Source: Gracilinanus agilis (taxonomy: Eukaryota). Taken from it: a DNA stretch of 64,000 nucleotides. Under the pieces are notes generated by a model, which did no database searches, was not told the origin of the DNA, and was given only the letters and a program-made list of their open reading frames with translations. Position numbers and translations under genes: made by a program. Where the stretch lies: assembly GCF_016433145.1 (NCBI RefSeq), contig NC_058133.1:186122141-186186140 (forward strand), in the 5' to 3' direction. Shown here in pieces: positions 13,850 through 24,639 of the stretch. The number at the start of each line of letters is the position of its first letter. Position 1 is the stretch's first letter.

Positions 13850-14390
13850 TTCTCAAATGTACCTATCCTGCTCTATTCTCTCTGCTGACCTCCAATCTCT
13901 TANCCTTCCTACCTTTCCAATCTTTTTATACCTTATTCTCCATCACATACTCTTTGAAACCTTGTTGTTTCATGGGCAAGACTTTCAGTTCTGGGCACTT
14001 TCTCTGGCTGTCCTTCATGCTTCATCTTTGTCTACTGACTTCCCTGGATTTCTTTAAGTCTCAACTAAAATCTCATCTTCTATAGGAAGTTCTCTTAATT
14101 GCAATACCTTCCCTCCACTGCTTATTTCCTATTTATCTCATATATTATATATATGCATATATATAATATATGAGATAAACATGTTTATATGAGATAACAA
14201 ATATGTACAAACTATATATATATATAATATGTACAAACTATATATATATATATAGTTTGTACATATTTGTTATCCCCCTGTTAGACTGTGAACTCCTTGA
14301 GGTCAGGAACTGTCTTTTCTCCCTTTTTGCATTCCCATCACTTAACCTGGAATCTGTAACATAGTAAATGTTTATTGACTGAATGACTGT
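13850..14390 (+). mobile_element. L2 3' fragment containing a TA-rich insertion
   Basis: ttagactgtgaactccttgaggtcaggaac...gtaaatgtttattgactgaatga L2 tail. Confidence 0.7.
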
Positions 14391-14830
14391 ACGAACTGAA
14401 ATGGAATGAAGTGAGCAGAATCCAAATTTATACAATGACAAATAAATTGTAGATACACTTATATCATTCATAGAATGACACAATGTCAAGGAAAACTACT
14501 TTGGAAGACAATAACTGAATAATTCAATGGGCATCTAATATTTCCAAAAAGTGATGAATTTCTACCTCTTAGGAAAGGCAATGGGCTTGAGGTATGCAGT
14601 GATACAAACTCTTTCAATCACTTCCAGTGAATGTGTGGATTTTTTATCCCCTGGCAATGCTTATTTGTTGCTAAGAAAGGTTTTTATTCTTTGTGGGGGG
14701 AAGAGTGTCTTGGGGGAGGCAGGTAGTAAAAGTGATGAGAAAAAAGAATTTTTAAAAAAAGAATGTGAATGAACACTTTACAAAACACAGATGACAACAA
14801 AAAGACATTCAAAACAAGGCAAAGACAAGC
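14390..14830 (+). mobile_element. Old L1 3' fragment
   Basis: gaatgaagtgagcagaatcc...ttatacaat L1 ORF2-end and 3' UTR motifs. Confidence 0.6.
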
Positions 14831-14929
14831 AGGACAGTTTTCATACTAATAGGTTAATAAGGGAGTGAGTCCTTTACTGAGTTCTTTCCCCTTAAATTGT
14901 TTTCTAGATTTGTTTAGAAAGATTTTTGA

Positions 14930-16860
14930 TAGTAGGTACATTACATTTTCTTTTTTTTTAGTCTTATTGTCATATGAAATCAATGAACTGTTTTCCCCTA
15001 TTATTTTTGACAGGTTGTCCACTTCTGTTCTAAACTATTTACCTTTCAGTATCTCCTCCTGAACTCTCATTTCATTTATAATTTTATTTTCTCATGTTTC
15101 ACTTTTTTTCTTCTAGTCATTCTTGTAATCCTTTTTAGTGAAAACTTGAGCTCAATTATAGTTGTTGGGGGATTACTTTCTTCTTATGTGTTTACCCTTT
15201 TGGCTTCTCTTAACACATAGTATTTTTATTGTACTTGGTGCCTTGACTTGTTTATTCTTATTTGACCCTTCTTTGACTTGATTTGGACTTTAGGCTCATG
15301 CCATTTCCCTCCAGGACTTGTAAAAGGATTGAATAAGGCTTGTTTGGTCCTGTCCTCTCTGTGGTATGGATGCCTCTGCCAATGCAGATGGGTCAACTAG
15401 TATAGGATTCTATCCTCTTCTTTATTCTTTGGTTTCTTCTCAAATTACTTGGAATCACTGAAGATCTCAACAGATATGGTTCCTTCTCTTTTTACAATCC
15501 CAAATCAGAAATTGATTCTGTCTCCTACTATGTTCCTGACAGGTGCAACAACAAAATGTTGGAGATCACAATGATTTTGGCTTCCTGCATAACTCACATG
15601 GCCCAAGTGTCTAGTAGGAGATAGTTTAGATCAGTGATGGGAAAACTATGGCCCATGGGCCAGATTGTGGGGTGGGGGGCTGAAATGTTCTATCCAGCCA
15701 TGACATTATTCCTAATCTGACAAATACAATGAGTAGGATACAATACAATGAAACTTCAAAAGAGTTGCCTTAGAAACAGACTGACAGATGAGCATTTCCT
15801 TTCTTTTTGCCCCCTCTTTAAAAAGTTTGCCCATCACTAGTTTAGATCACAGAGATCCTCACGATACATGGCTAGGTCCTTTTTCTTTGAGGAAAAAAAA
15901 ACTATGAAGTCTAGATGTATCCCCTGCTTCTGTTCTGAAAGCTGGTCTAGGATCCAAATTCAAGCCTCCAACTACTAGAGCTCACCTTGGCTTGCAATCC
16001 TCCTGTTCAGAGACCTGGCTGGCTTCAGAAACATTTGTCAGAGCTCATGGTGATTTCTTGGCAAGCTTCCTCTCTTACTCTCTGCTTTCCGGGCTGTTAC
16101 CAGAGTTTGTATTGGCTTTTCTGATGCAACTCCTCTACCAGCCTTTGCTGGTTTCTGGCCTTCTTTCCATTCAATTTTGGATTGAATGAAAGGGTTATTT
16201 TCTTTTTCTCTTCTTTTCTTTTTATCATTGGTCCATCCATCTTGGATCTTTTTTCAAATATTAGCTGGGGTATGTGTATGTAAGTGAGCTGGGCTCCCAT
16301 CATCTTTCATGTCATCATCTTAACTGACAGTCCAGCAATATTCATATATTTTAAATGGGCTTTTTTAACTTTTGTTTTTATACCATCTACATTTCCCAAT
16401 AGAGTTCTCCTTATTTCCCCTCCTAGAGAGCCATCTTATAGTCAAGAATAAAACTAACAAGCACATCACATAAAAATCTGACATTATAGGTAGTGTTCCA
16501 GATCCATAGTGAATGAGCTCTATGGGAGGTGCCTCATTCTATCTCTTTCCGGGATACAAGTTTGGTTGTTATAATGTCATGAAATTCAGTTTTATTCATT
16601 TTGTGGTTGTTGTCATTCCTTCCATTTATGCTATTGAAATCATGTGTACTGTTTTTCTGATTCTGCTTAATTCATTTCTCCTCAGTTCATATAAGTTTTC
16701 CTAAACTTTTTATCCACCAAAGTCATCATTTCTTACAGTACAGTAAAATTCCATAACATTTATGTACCACAAATCTTTTAGCTATTCTCCAAATGATGGG
16801 TGTGTACTTCATTATTACAAAAAGTACTACTATAAATATTTTGATGTGTGTAGGAGCCTT
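14930..16860 (-). mobile_element. Old L1 fragments (5'/ORF1-like part and a 3' UTR-like part), interrupted by a hAT MITE
   Basis: T-rich plus strand with reverse L1-like motifs; boundaries approximate. Confidence 0.45.
15632..15839. mobile_element. Non-autonomous hAT (Charlie-type) DNA transposon, MITE
   Basis: TIRs cagtgatgggaaaact / agtttgcccatcacta (14/16 match); perfect 8-bp TSD gtttagat (15624-15631, 15840-15847) with central TA. Confidence 0.92.
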
Positions 16861-16861
16861 C

Positions 16862-17025
16862 TTTTTTTAAAAAAAAAACTCTTACCTTCTTCTTAGAATC
16901 AATACTGGGTATTGGAATCAATAGATGGGAAGATCAATACTGGGAAGACTGGGAAGGGCTAGGCAATGGGGGTTAAGTGACTTGCCCAGAGTCACACAGG
17001 TAGGAAGTGTCTGAGGCCATATTTG
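16862..17025 (-). mobile_element. SINE1_Mdo-type SINE (partial)
   Basis: aaaactcttaccttcttcttagaatcaatact...gggctaggcaatgggggttaagtgacttgcccag. Confidence 0.85.
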
Positions 17026-17099
17026 AGGGGCCTTCTTTTTGTCATCAACCTCTTGATGTATGTACCTAGAAAGGAACATTCTGGATCAAATAGTAGACC

Positions 17100-18260
17100 T
17101 TTTAGTTATTGTTTTTCCATGCCTGTTAACTGCTTCACAGAATGGCTAGACCAGTATAATCAAACTCAAATAGAACAAGATAATCACAAAAACCCTGGAA
17201 AGGCTTATATGAAGTGATGCAAAGTGAAGTGAACAGAACCAAGAAAACACTGTATCCAGCAACAGCAATACTGTTGTGAATGGCTTAATTGTTATCAGCA
17301 ATGCAAGTATCTAAGAGTAAGGTATAAATTTAGGTTTTATACTAAATAAGTTATAAAGTAATGTTGTGGTCACCAATTTTAAAATATTATAGCTTAAGTC
17401 AAAATAACTTTTAGCAGCTTTTATTTACAAGGAGGCGGAAAGAATGAAAGTGGAAATGTAGAAAAAAGACAGAGCCTTAACAAGCCTGCCAGGTCATCTC
17501 CAGTGAGGTCCAGCTCAGTCCCACCATTGGCTTCCCCAAGTCCAATCTCCATATGGAGCCTTCAGCCAGAAGTCCAACAGCACAGCCTCCTCCAAAGCCA
17601 AGACAGAAATATCAGCCACTCACCCAGCAAGCCAATGCAAGATCCAGGGGAAAAGTCTCCTCCAAATGCCATGAAAGGAATCTCAGCCACTCACTCCAAA
17701 CACCAAGAAAGGAATGCTCTCCCAGACCATTTTGGTCTCTTTTTATACCCCTTTTTCCATGTCACTTCCTGTCTCTCCTCCTATTCACAGAAACCAATTG
17801 CAGCCTTTCAATTTGGGTAGCACTGCCCAAGAGGAGGAGGGAAGGCGCACTGGTCTTTGGAGATGTGAGCTTACTCTAATAAGTGACTTGTAAAGTTTAA
17901 GTTCTTGATTTGATTAGCTGAAAATAGACAAGGAGAGAGTTAATCCTATCTTCACATAGGACATCTTCAAAGTACTCATGATGAAAAAGGCTATCTACTG
18001 CCAAAGCAGGCACTGACAGAATCTGACCACAGATCAAAGCATAGCATCCTTCACTTTATTTTCTCTATGAATTTTTCTTTAGTGAAAACAATATAGGTAT
18101 TCATTCAAGACATGATGAACATGGAAATTTGTATTATATGATAATACATGTACAACTTATATTGTATTACCTGCCATCTTGGGAAGAAGAGAGGTATGGG
18201 GAAGAAAGCATGGATTGCAAAATGTCAGAAAACAATTATTAAAAGTTGTATCAGCAAATA
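17100..18260 (+). mobile_element. Old L1 3' fragment split by an LTR
   Basis: gtgatgcaaagtgaagtgaacagaaccaag before the LTR; gtactcatgatgaaaaaggctatc resumes after 17960. Confidence 0.7.
17316..17956. mobile_element. Solo LTR (same family as 56275-56923)
   Basis: Ends ...cttcaCA; flanks taag/tagg; shares gttgtggtc(a/g)cca and aaaatagacaa(g/a)ga...ttcaca with the LTR at 56275. Confidence 0.75.
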
Positions 18261-19334
18261 ATCTGGAAAATGTTTTAACTCAAATTGAAATGAATCCATA
18301 CTTATTTATGCATATTTACTTAGAAAACCACAAATAAATAGTATCTAAGTTATATATGATTTTTATTTATTTTGAAGTCTCCCAATTACATTTTAATCTG
18401 GCTCAGCGTGCATTTGAGAGTTTTGTGGGCTACTTGCTGCCTGCCAGCCTCTACTTTGACAGAAGCTAGACTAAATGACAATCCCACCAACAATGCATGT
18501 GTCTGATGCTACAAAATTGTTACTGTTCCAACATTGATTATTCCTATATTTTGACATCTGTACCAAATTTTTGAGTTAAGGTAATGCACCAGAGTGGTTT
18601 TGATTTTCATTTTTCCTACTTTTAGTGATTCAAAGCATTCTTTCATTTGATTGTTAATCATCTTCAATCCTTTTGAGAATTATTTGTTAGTATTTTTTAC
18701 CTCTCATAAAGATGGGCTTTTAATTTCAGAATGAGACATAATAAATAGGACATTTTGATATTCCCATATTAAATTTAATGCACACTTTTAGAAAACAGAT
18801 TTCATATAACAGAAGTTCATGTTTTCTTAGACATTCTTCTAGTTTGTCCTTCAAATAACATAATACTCATTTGTTAGTGCTTATTGAGTTCGCAATAAAA
18901 AAAAAAGAAATTTTTTACTTTTGTAGCAAAAAAGCAACTTGGGACCATTGAAAGTTTTCCATCCCTGACTCTTCCTCCTTTTTAATTTGGACCTTGTCCA
19001 ATGTTAATGTTAGTTCAAGATATGTGCACTGATTGACTAATTCAATGGAATGTCCATTCAACTACATATCTCAAGCTATTTTCTTCGAAAATCCTTAACA
19101 ATATGAAAATGATTATAATGTTTTGACCACTGAAAGAAAGAAAATGGCACCACAAAGAAAGTAGTTTGTGACTGACTGAAAGAATCAGACATACCTCTGA
19201 ACCCTATATATTAAAACAGCTGTCAGTTTAGTGACAAGCTCAGGCGAGAACAAAATCAGTCTGGTGGTTAAAAAGCTCTAGTTCTGAGGATTGCTCTTGA
19301 AGTCAAACCTCTGAAAAGAAACTGAAGAGGAAGT

Positions 19335-19430
19335 TTCTCTCTCAATCTCTCTCTCTCTTTCAATCTCTCTCTCTCTCTGTGTTTATCTCTGTCTATGACT
19401 CTGTCTCCCCCTCCCTCTCTCTGCCTCTCT
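19335..19430. repeat. CT-rich low-complexity tract
   Basis: Imperfect (CT)n. Confidence 0.85.
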
Positions 19431-19728
19431 ATGACCAGGTCATCAAAGAGATTAAATCACTACAGTGATTCATCAAGTGTAAGTCACCCAAGGAAAAAGG
19501 TAGTTTCAAGATTGAATAACCCCTTAAATTTAAGGGGAGGCACTGACTGCTCATTCAGCAGAAAAATGAAACCTTTATTTTCATAAAGACAATATGAAAG
19601 GGAAAAAGGACTTCTAGTTTTCCAAAGTTGTAAGTTATCCTTTTGCCACCAGTATTCTCTACATTTATGTCTCACAAACACTACACTTTGAGTCTATTTC
19701 CATTATTCTCACAGACCCCAAATATATT

Positions 19729-20990
19729 TGTTGGAGAGTATGCTATAGACTGAGGATAGGGGAGAGGAGTGGAGAAGAGGTGTTTCTGTAAACTATTGTT
19801 CTTGCTAGTGTTGTGAGATTACTTAATTATTATTTAGAAGACCTAGCATGAAGGGCTTAAGAATTCTAAATGGAATGGGGAAGCAGGAAGTGTGGCTCTC
19901 TCCCTGAGACAGACTCCATGGTGGTTGGGACAAGTTGTAACTGACCCTGGGAGACCTCAGAGGAAGTGGAGTTTGTACCCTGATTCCCTGGGATCCTGAA
20001 GGAAGACTGTCATCTACTTGTGGGAGATTTTTGATAGAGAATATTAATCCCAACCTGAGTTACAGGTTAACTTGGGCTGGGTTAACTCCCAAAATCTACC
20101 CACCTGAAAGAGTACAGCTGGTGGTCCTGGAAGAGCTGCAACATCACTGGAGTGTGTCAGGACCCTGCTGTGAGGATACCCACTTCAGTCCTGCTAATCT
20201 TTGGGCCCTGTCCTGCTTAGGTCTCAGTTCAGTGTAGATAAGTCCCTCTCCTGATCCTATGGTTTGCCCATAGTCTGGAAGTGTAGAAATCCCTATTCTC
20301 ACCCTTTACCATAGTTCCCTTAATTAAATTTGTTACAAACTCTTGTCATTTGCTTGCTAGTTTCCACAGATCCTTGTCTAGATGGTGCAGGGTGACAGGT
20401 CTAACTGTCACTTCTGTCAACAGACATTTTCCCTGGCAGTTAAACCCAGTCTCCCTAACTTGTTTGGTCCCCCCTACTGTCCATTCCTGTCTCCTACACA
20501 CCCTTCTGGACCCACATATAGTATTTAAGTTATCTCCCCTGGATTTCCCCATAAGACTAGTCTCTCTTAATAAATATCTTTGTTAAAATCTAATTAATTC
20601 CAGCTAATTTAAAATGGCAAGCATGCTGGGGGAAGGGTACTAGTGAGTGAAGATACCAGAAACCTAGACCCTCAAGGTTGCTCCTAGAACTCTTAGAAAA
20701 TGAAGTAGTCAGGCAACCCCTTTGAACCTGGCCCGCCAATGAAGTAGGAGTTGTGGATGAGATCTCAAAGGAATTGCTACATTGTGGGTATTGCTTGAGT
20801 GTAGAGTTGACCAGCCAATATGCAATCTTTTCTTCCCCCTCCTCCTTTCTGGAAAGATCCAAAGCTGAATCCTTCCCAGGCAACAACCACCTTCAGCCTT
20901 TGAGTACTATTTAGGATATAACTTTTCCTTTGATTACCACCCTTATCTCCTTGTTCCATCTCTTCTCTAGATATTTGATCAACCATATTT
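19729..20990 (+). mobile_element. ERV-derived composite: LTR-like segments, probably nested, plus possible PBS and leader
   Basis: TG..CA-bounded inner segment 19812-20337; AATAAA at 20569; tggcaagcatgctggggg at 20615 resembles a PBS; no TSD resolved. Confidence 0.45.
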
Positions 20991-21870
20991 GTCCTAATTA
21001 ACTCAGTTTTAGCCTAGGAGCAATATAATGGCCATTGGGTCCCTTTCTTTGCTTTTTTATGGGATTTATTTCAAACAAAATGCCATTAATACAATCATAA
21101 TAGCTCAAAAAACCCTAATTAGGAAGATTTCTAACATTTGGAGAGAGGTTTAACACTCTGGCCCAATCTAAATCATGTACTTTTCTAGCTAATGACTGAC
21201 TTCTTTATATTTGAGGTAAAATTAGAATGCAAAACATGTTTGGTTGTAAGAAATGAAGAGAGTTCATTGTGGTACTTGTTATTAAACAGGCATAGAAAGG
21301 GCAAATTAGGGAATAAGCATGCCCTTTGGAACTCTCAACTCATCAATGTGGTATTGGGAGGCAATGTGGTATCATGGAGAAAGTGAGTACTGGATTTGGG
21401 ATCTTCAATCATTTCATCAATTGTGTCCAACTCTCCATGACCCTACTTGGAATTTTCTTGGCAAAGATACTGAAGTAGTTTGCATTTCCTTCTCCAGTTC
21501 ATTTTATAGATGAGGAAACTGAGACAAACAGGTATCTAGAATACCAGGGTTCAAATTCTGCCTCTGACCCTTGCCATTTATGTGATGATGGGTAAATCAT
21601 GAAACTTCCCTATCTCAGTTCCTAGTCTGTAAAATGAGAAATTTAGACTAGATAGCCTCTGAATTTCCTTCTAACTCTAAATCTGCACTCCTATAATTTT
21701 GTGGTCCTGGATAATACAGTTCTGGTTCTTTATCAATAAGGACAGAAGCCAATGAGAAAAGAAGCTTGGGTTAAGAATTCTGAGCCTTGGAGTCGAATGG
21801 CAGCTCTATTATCAATCAGCTAGGTAACCTTGTACAAACCCCTCTGTTTTTCTATGCTTCAGTACTGTTC

Positions 21871-22073
21871 TTTGTTATCATTTCAGCTGTGTCCAATTCT
21901 TCATGACCCCATTTTGGAGTTTTCTTAGCAAAGATACTCTAGTGGTTTGCCATTTCCTTCTCGAGATCATTTGACAAGTGAGGAAACTGAGACAAACATG
22001 GTTAAGTGACCCACCAAAGTAAGTGTCTGAGGCCAGATTTGGACTCATAAAGAAGAGTCTTCTTGATTCCAAG
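21871..22073 (-). mobile_element. Marsupial CORE-SINE (MAR1-like)
   Basis: catttggagttttcttagcaaagatact...gaggaaactgagacaaac. Confidence 0.85.
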
Positions 22074-22423
22074 AATTAGGCCTGGCACATGGTAGGCACT
22101 TAACACATGTTTATTGACTGATTGTTATTATAGGTTACTAGGTTGTAATGAAGTAATGGACTTCTCCTTTCCCATTTTCTTTATTGCTGTTTCTCACACT
22201 TGATGCTTCATCTCCCACCTCCAAGTCTTTGTTTAGGTTATTTCTCATTCCTGAAATCCACTTCTTCCTCACTTTGCCTCTTAGAATCTCTGGTTTCCTT
22301 CAAAGTTTAGCTTATGTGCCACCCTCCTTGTGAAGTCCTTCCTAAAATCCTCTAATTCCCCCACCAGTGAATTAGTTTGCCTTTCTCACCTACCTTCAGT
22401 AAATGACTCTTTGTATATGTTTA

Positions 22424-22678
22424 GAGCTAGATGGTACAATGGATAGAGCACCAGACTTGGAGTCAGAAAGACTCATCTATTTGAGTTCAAATATGGCCTC
22501 AGACACTTACTAGATGTGTGGTCCTAGACAAGTCACTTAACCCTCTTTACCTTAGTTTCCTCATCTGTAAAATGCGCTGAAGAAGGATATGGCAAACCAC
22601 TCTAGTATTTTTGCCAAGAAAACCCCAGATAGTGTCAAGAAGACTTGGACTTAACTGAAATGATCGAATAACAACAAT
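22424..22678 (+). mobile_element. Marsupial CORE-SINE (MAR1-like) inserted into L2
   Basis: Full head-CORE-tail; L2 pyrimidine-rich body upstream and L2 tail (22700-22810) downstream. Confidence 0.85.
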
Positions 22679-23809
22679 GACATGTGAAATTTTGATTCCC
22701 TCAATATACTTAAGGGCAGGAATTATTTCATTTTTGTCTTTGTATCCCCAATGCCTAATATAGTATGTGGCACACAGTAGTCATTTAATAAAAATTTGTG
22801 ATTAATTGATCCATGGATGTGATGGAAAAGTGTTGGTTATTTAGTGAAGTGAAAGGAAAAATGGCAAAAGTGAGGGCTATAACAAGAAATACACCAAATA
22901 CCATCCATATCCACTCTGCCATTGGACTGAGGCCTTTCTTTAATGACTGAAGTACTACCACTTTTGGTCCTTAGTGCTGCCTCGGTTTAATGTAAGAGTT
23001 TAGACCAGTCATTTTCCTCATCCCTAAGGTGAGAAACTTGAACTTGATGGTAGCTACAGTTACTTCTAAATCTATACTGAAGGAGTCTGAATTGAATGAA
23101 TGATGGAGGGATTGGAATGGGGCAGGCCCCAAACGATGAATGATAAAAGTTGGATAAGTATATACCTATCTAGAAAATGGAACTAGAATCATTTTCCCTT
23201 TTTCTCGTGTGCTTGTTTGGGGATTTGGCTCAGAGTTGCCTTAGGAGGGAGGAAATGGGAGGTGGGGCACAGGCATTCAAAACAGATTGGCTGCCCCTGG
23301 AATTCACCTTGCTTTGTACTAATTAGATTCTAATTGAAACCATCCATCCCAGCCCCAAGTGTACACCAAGGGAACTTTAATATACAGAAGACACACCCCA
23401 GGAGAGTTTGCAAGCACTTCTCCCACTGCAGACTTTTAAGGAGTTTCTACCAAGTACATTATTTGTCTATTAAGCCCAAATATGCCATCAGAGACTCCAA
23501 GGTCTACTCTGTTAAAGGGAGAGAGAGAAGCAGGAAGAGAAAGTGCACAAACCCTCTATTTAGGCTCGACCTACAAAGCTGAGTTTTGACCTGCTGAAAT
23601 CCTACCAGTACATTTGGAACAGTTCCCATCTGCAGTGTTAATAAGTACTTGGGGACTCTTAGACGCTTTGGATTATTTAGTAAAGGCTCTCTTCTGAATA
23701 CTCAGAATTTTTGCTCAGCAAGGAGTTGGAGGACAGTGGGGTATGGATAGATCTTAGCTTGCCATCCATTGTCAAAAGCCATTTTAAAGATTCAGATTCA
23801 CGGGATCAG

Positions 23810-24240
23810 CAAACCATATCTAGCCTTGAAGAATTTCTCTATCTTAAGCCAAGTTCACCAGATTCATTTCTTTTAACTCTTCTACATTGACCCTTTGTAA
23901 AGATAATACACTTACTCTTACTCATATGCTCAAATGAATGTGTGCTCCCAGCCATTTGAATTTTCTCTTCAACAGTGCAGATTCGACCTCTCTGTGCTAA
24001 CCTGTACACGGGGAGAAGGGCCATTCCATGGCTTCTGATCAGCCATTGGAGTCTAGTTTCCATCTTCATCATTCAACTGAAGCTGCTCTACCCCAAATCA
24101 CCAGTGTTTTCTTAATTGCCAAAACTGATGGTCTCTCCTCATTCTTCATCCTTCTTGATCTGGTAGCAGCATTTAACACTGTGAACCACCTTTTCTTCCT
24201 GGACATTTTCTCCTCTCTATCAATAGTGGACAAATGTTAG
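23810..24240 (+). mobile_element. L2 LINE reverse-transcriptase fragment
   Basis: ORF 24028-24240 reads ILLDLVAAFNTVNH, matching the L2/CR1 RT motif LLDLSAAFDTVDH. Confidence 0.8.
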
Positions 24241-24249
24241 GGAATTCTC

Positions 24250-24352
24250 TAAGGGGAGAAGAGAGGAGGGGAGGGGAGGGGAGGAAAGAGGAGAGGAGAG
24301 GAGGGGAGGGGAGGAAAGAGGAGAGGAGAGGAGGGGAGAGGAGGGGAGAGGA
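24250..24352. repeat. Polypurine (GGAGA/GGGGA)n repeat
   Basis: About 100 bp of G/A only, in pentamer-like units. Confidence 0.95.
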
Positions 24353-24639
24353 AATTTTTGCTTTCCTTAATTTTGCCTAGCTGTGTGATCTTAGACAAAT
24401 TGCTTAATCTCTTTGGTTTTGACTGACTACTTGGTGAAATAAAATGAGCACTGATCTTGAAGTCAGACATTCCGAATCTAACATTGTGAGCTGTGAGGCT
24501 CTGGGCAATTCCCCTCATCTCTCGGAATTTCAGCTTCCTCACCTGTAAATTTGTGCAAGTAATTGATTCTCCACCTCCCTCACAGGATTGGTGTAAGGAA
24601 AGAAGGGGGGTTGCAAATGCTAAAGCTCTTCATAATCAT

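Noticed and set aside
19195-19310. Minus-strand segment with excellent acceptor and donor
   Set aside because: Stops in all three frames; at most a non-coding exon, with no evidence for one
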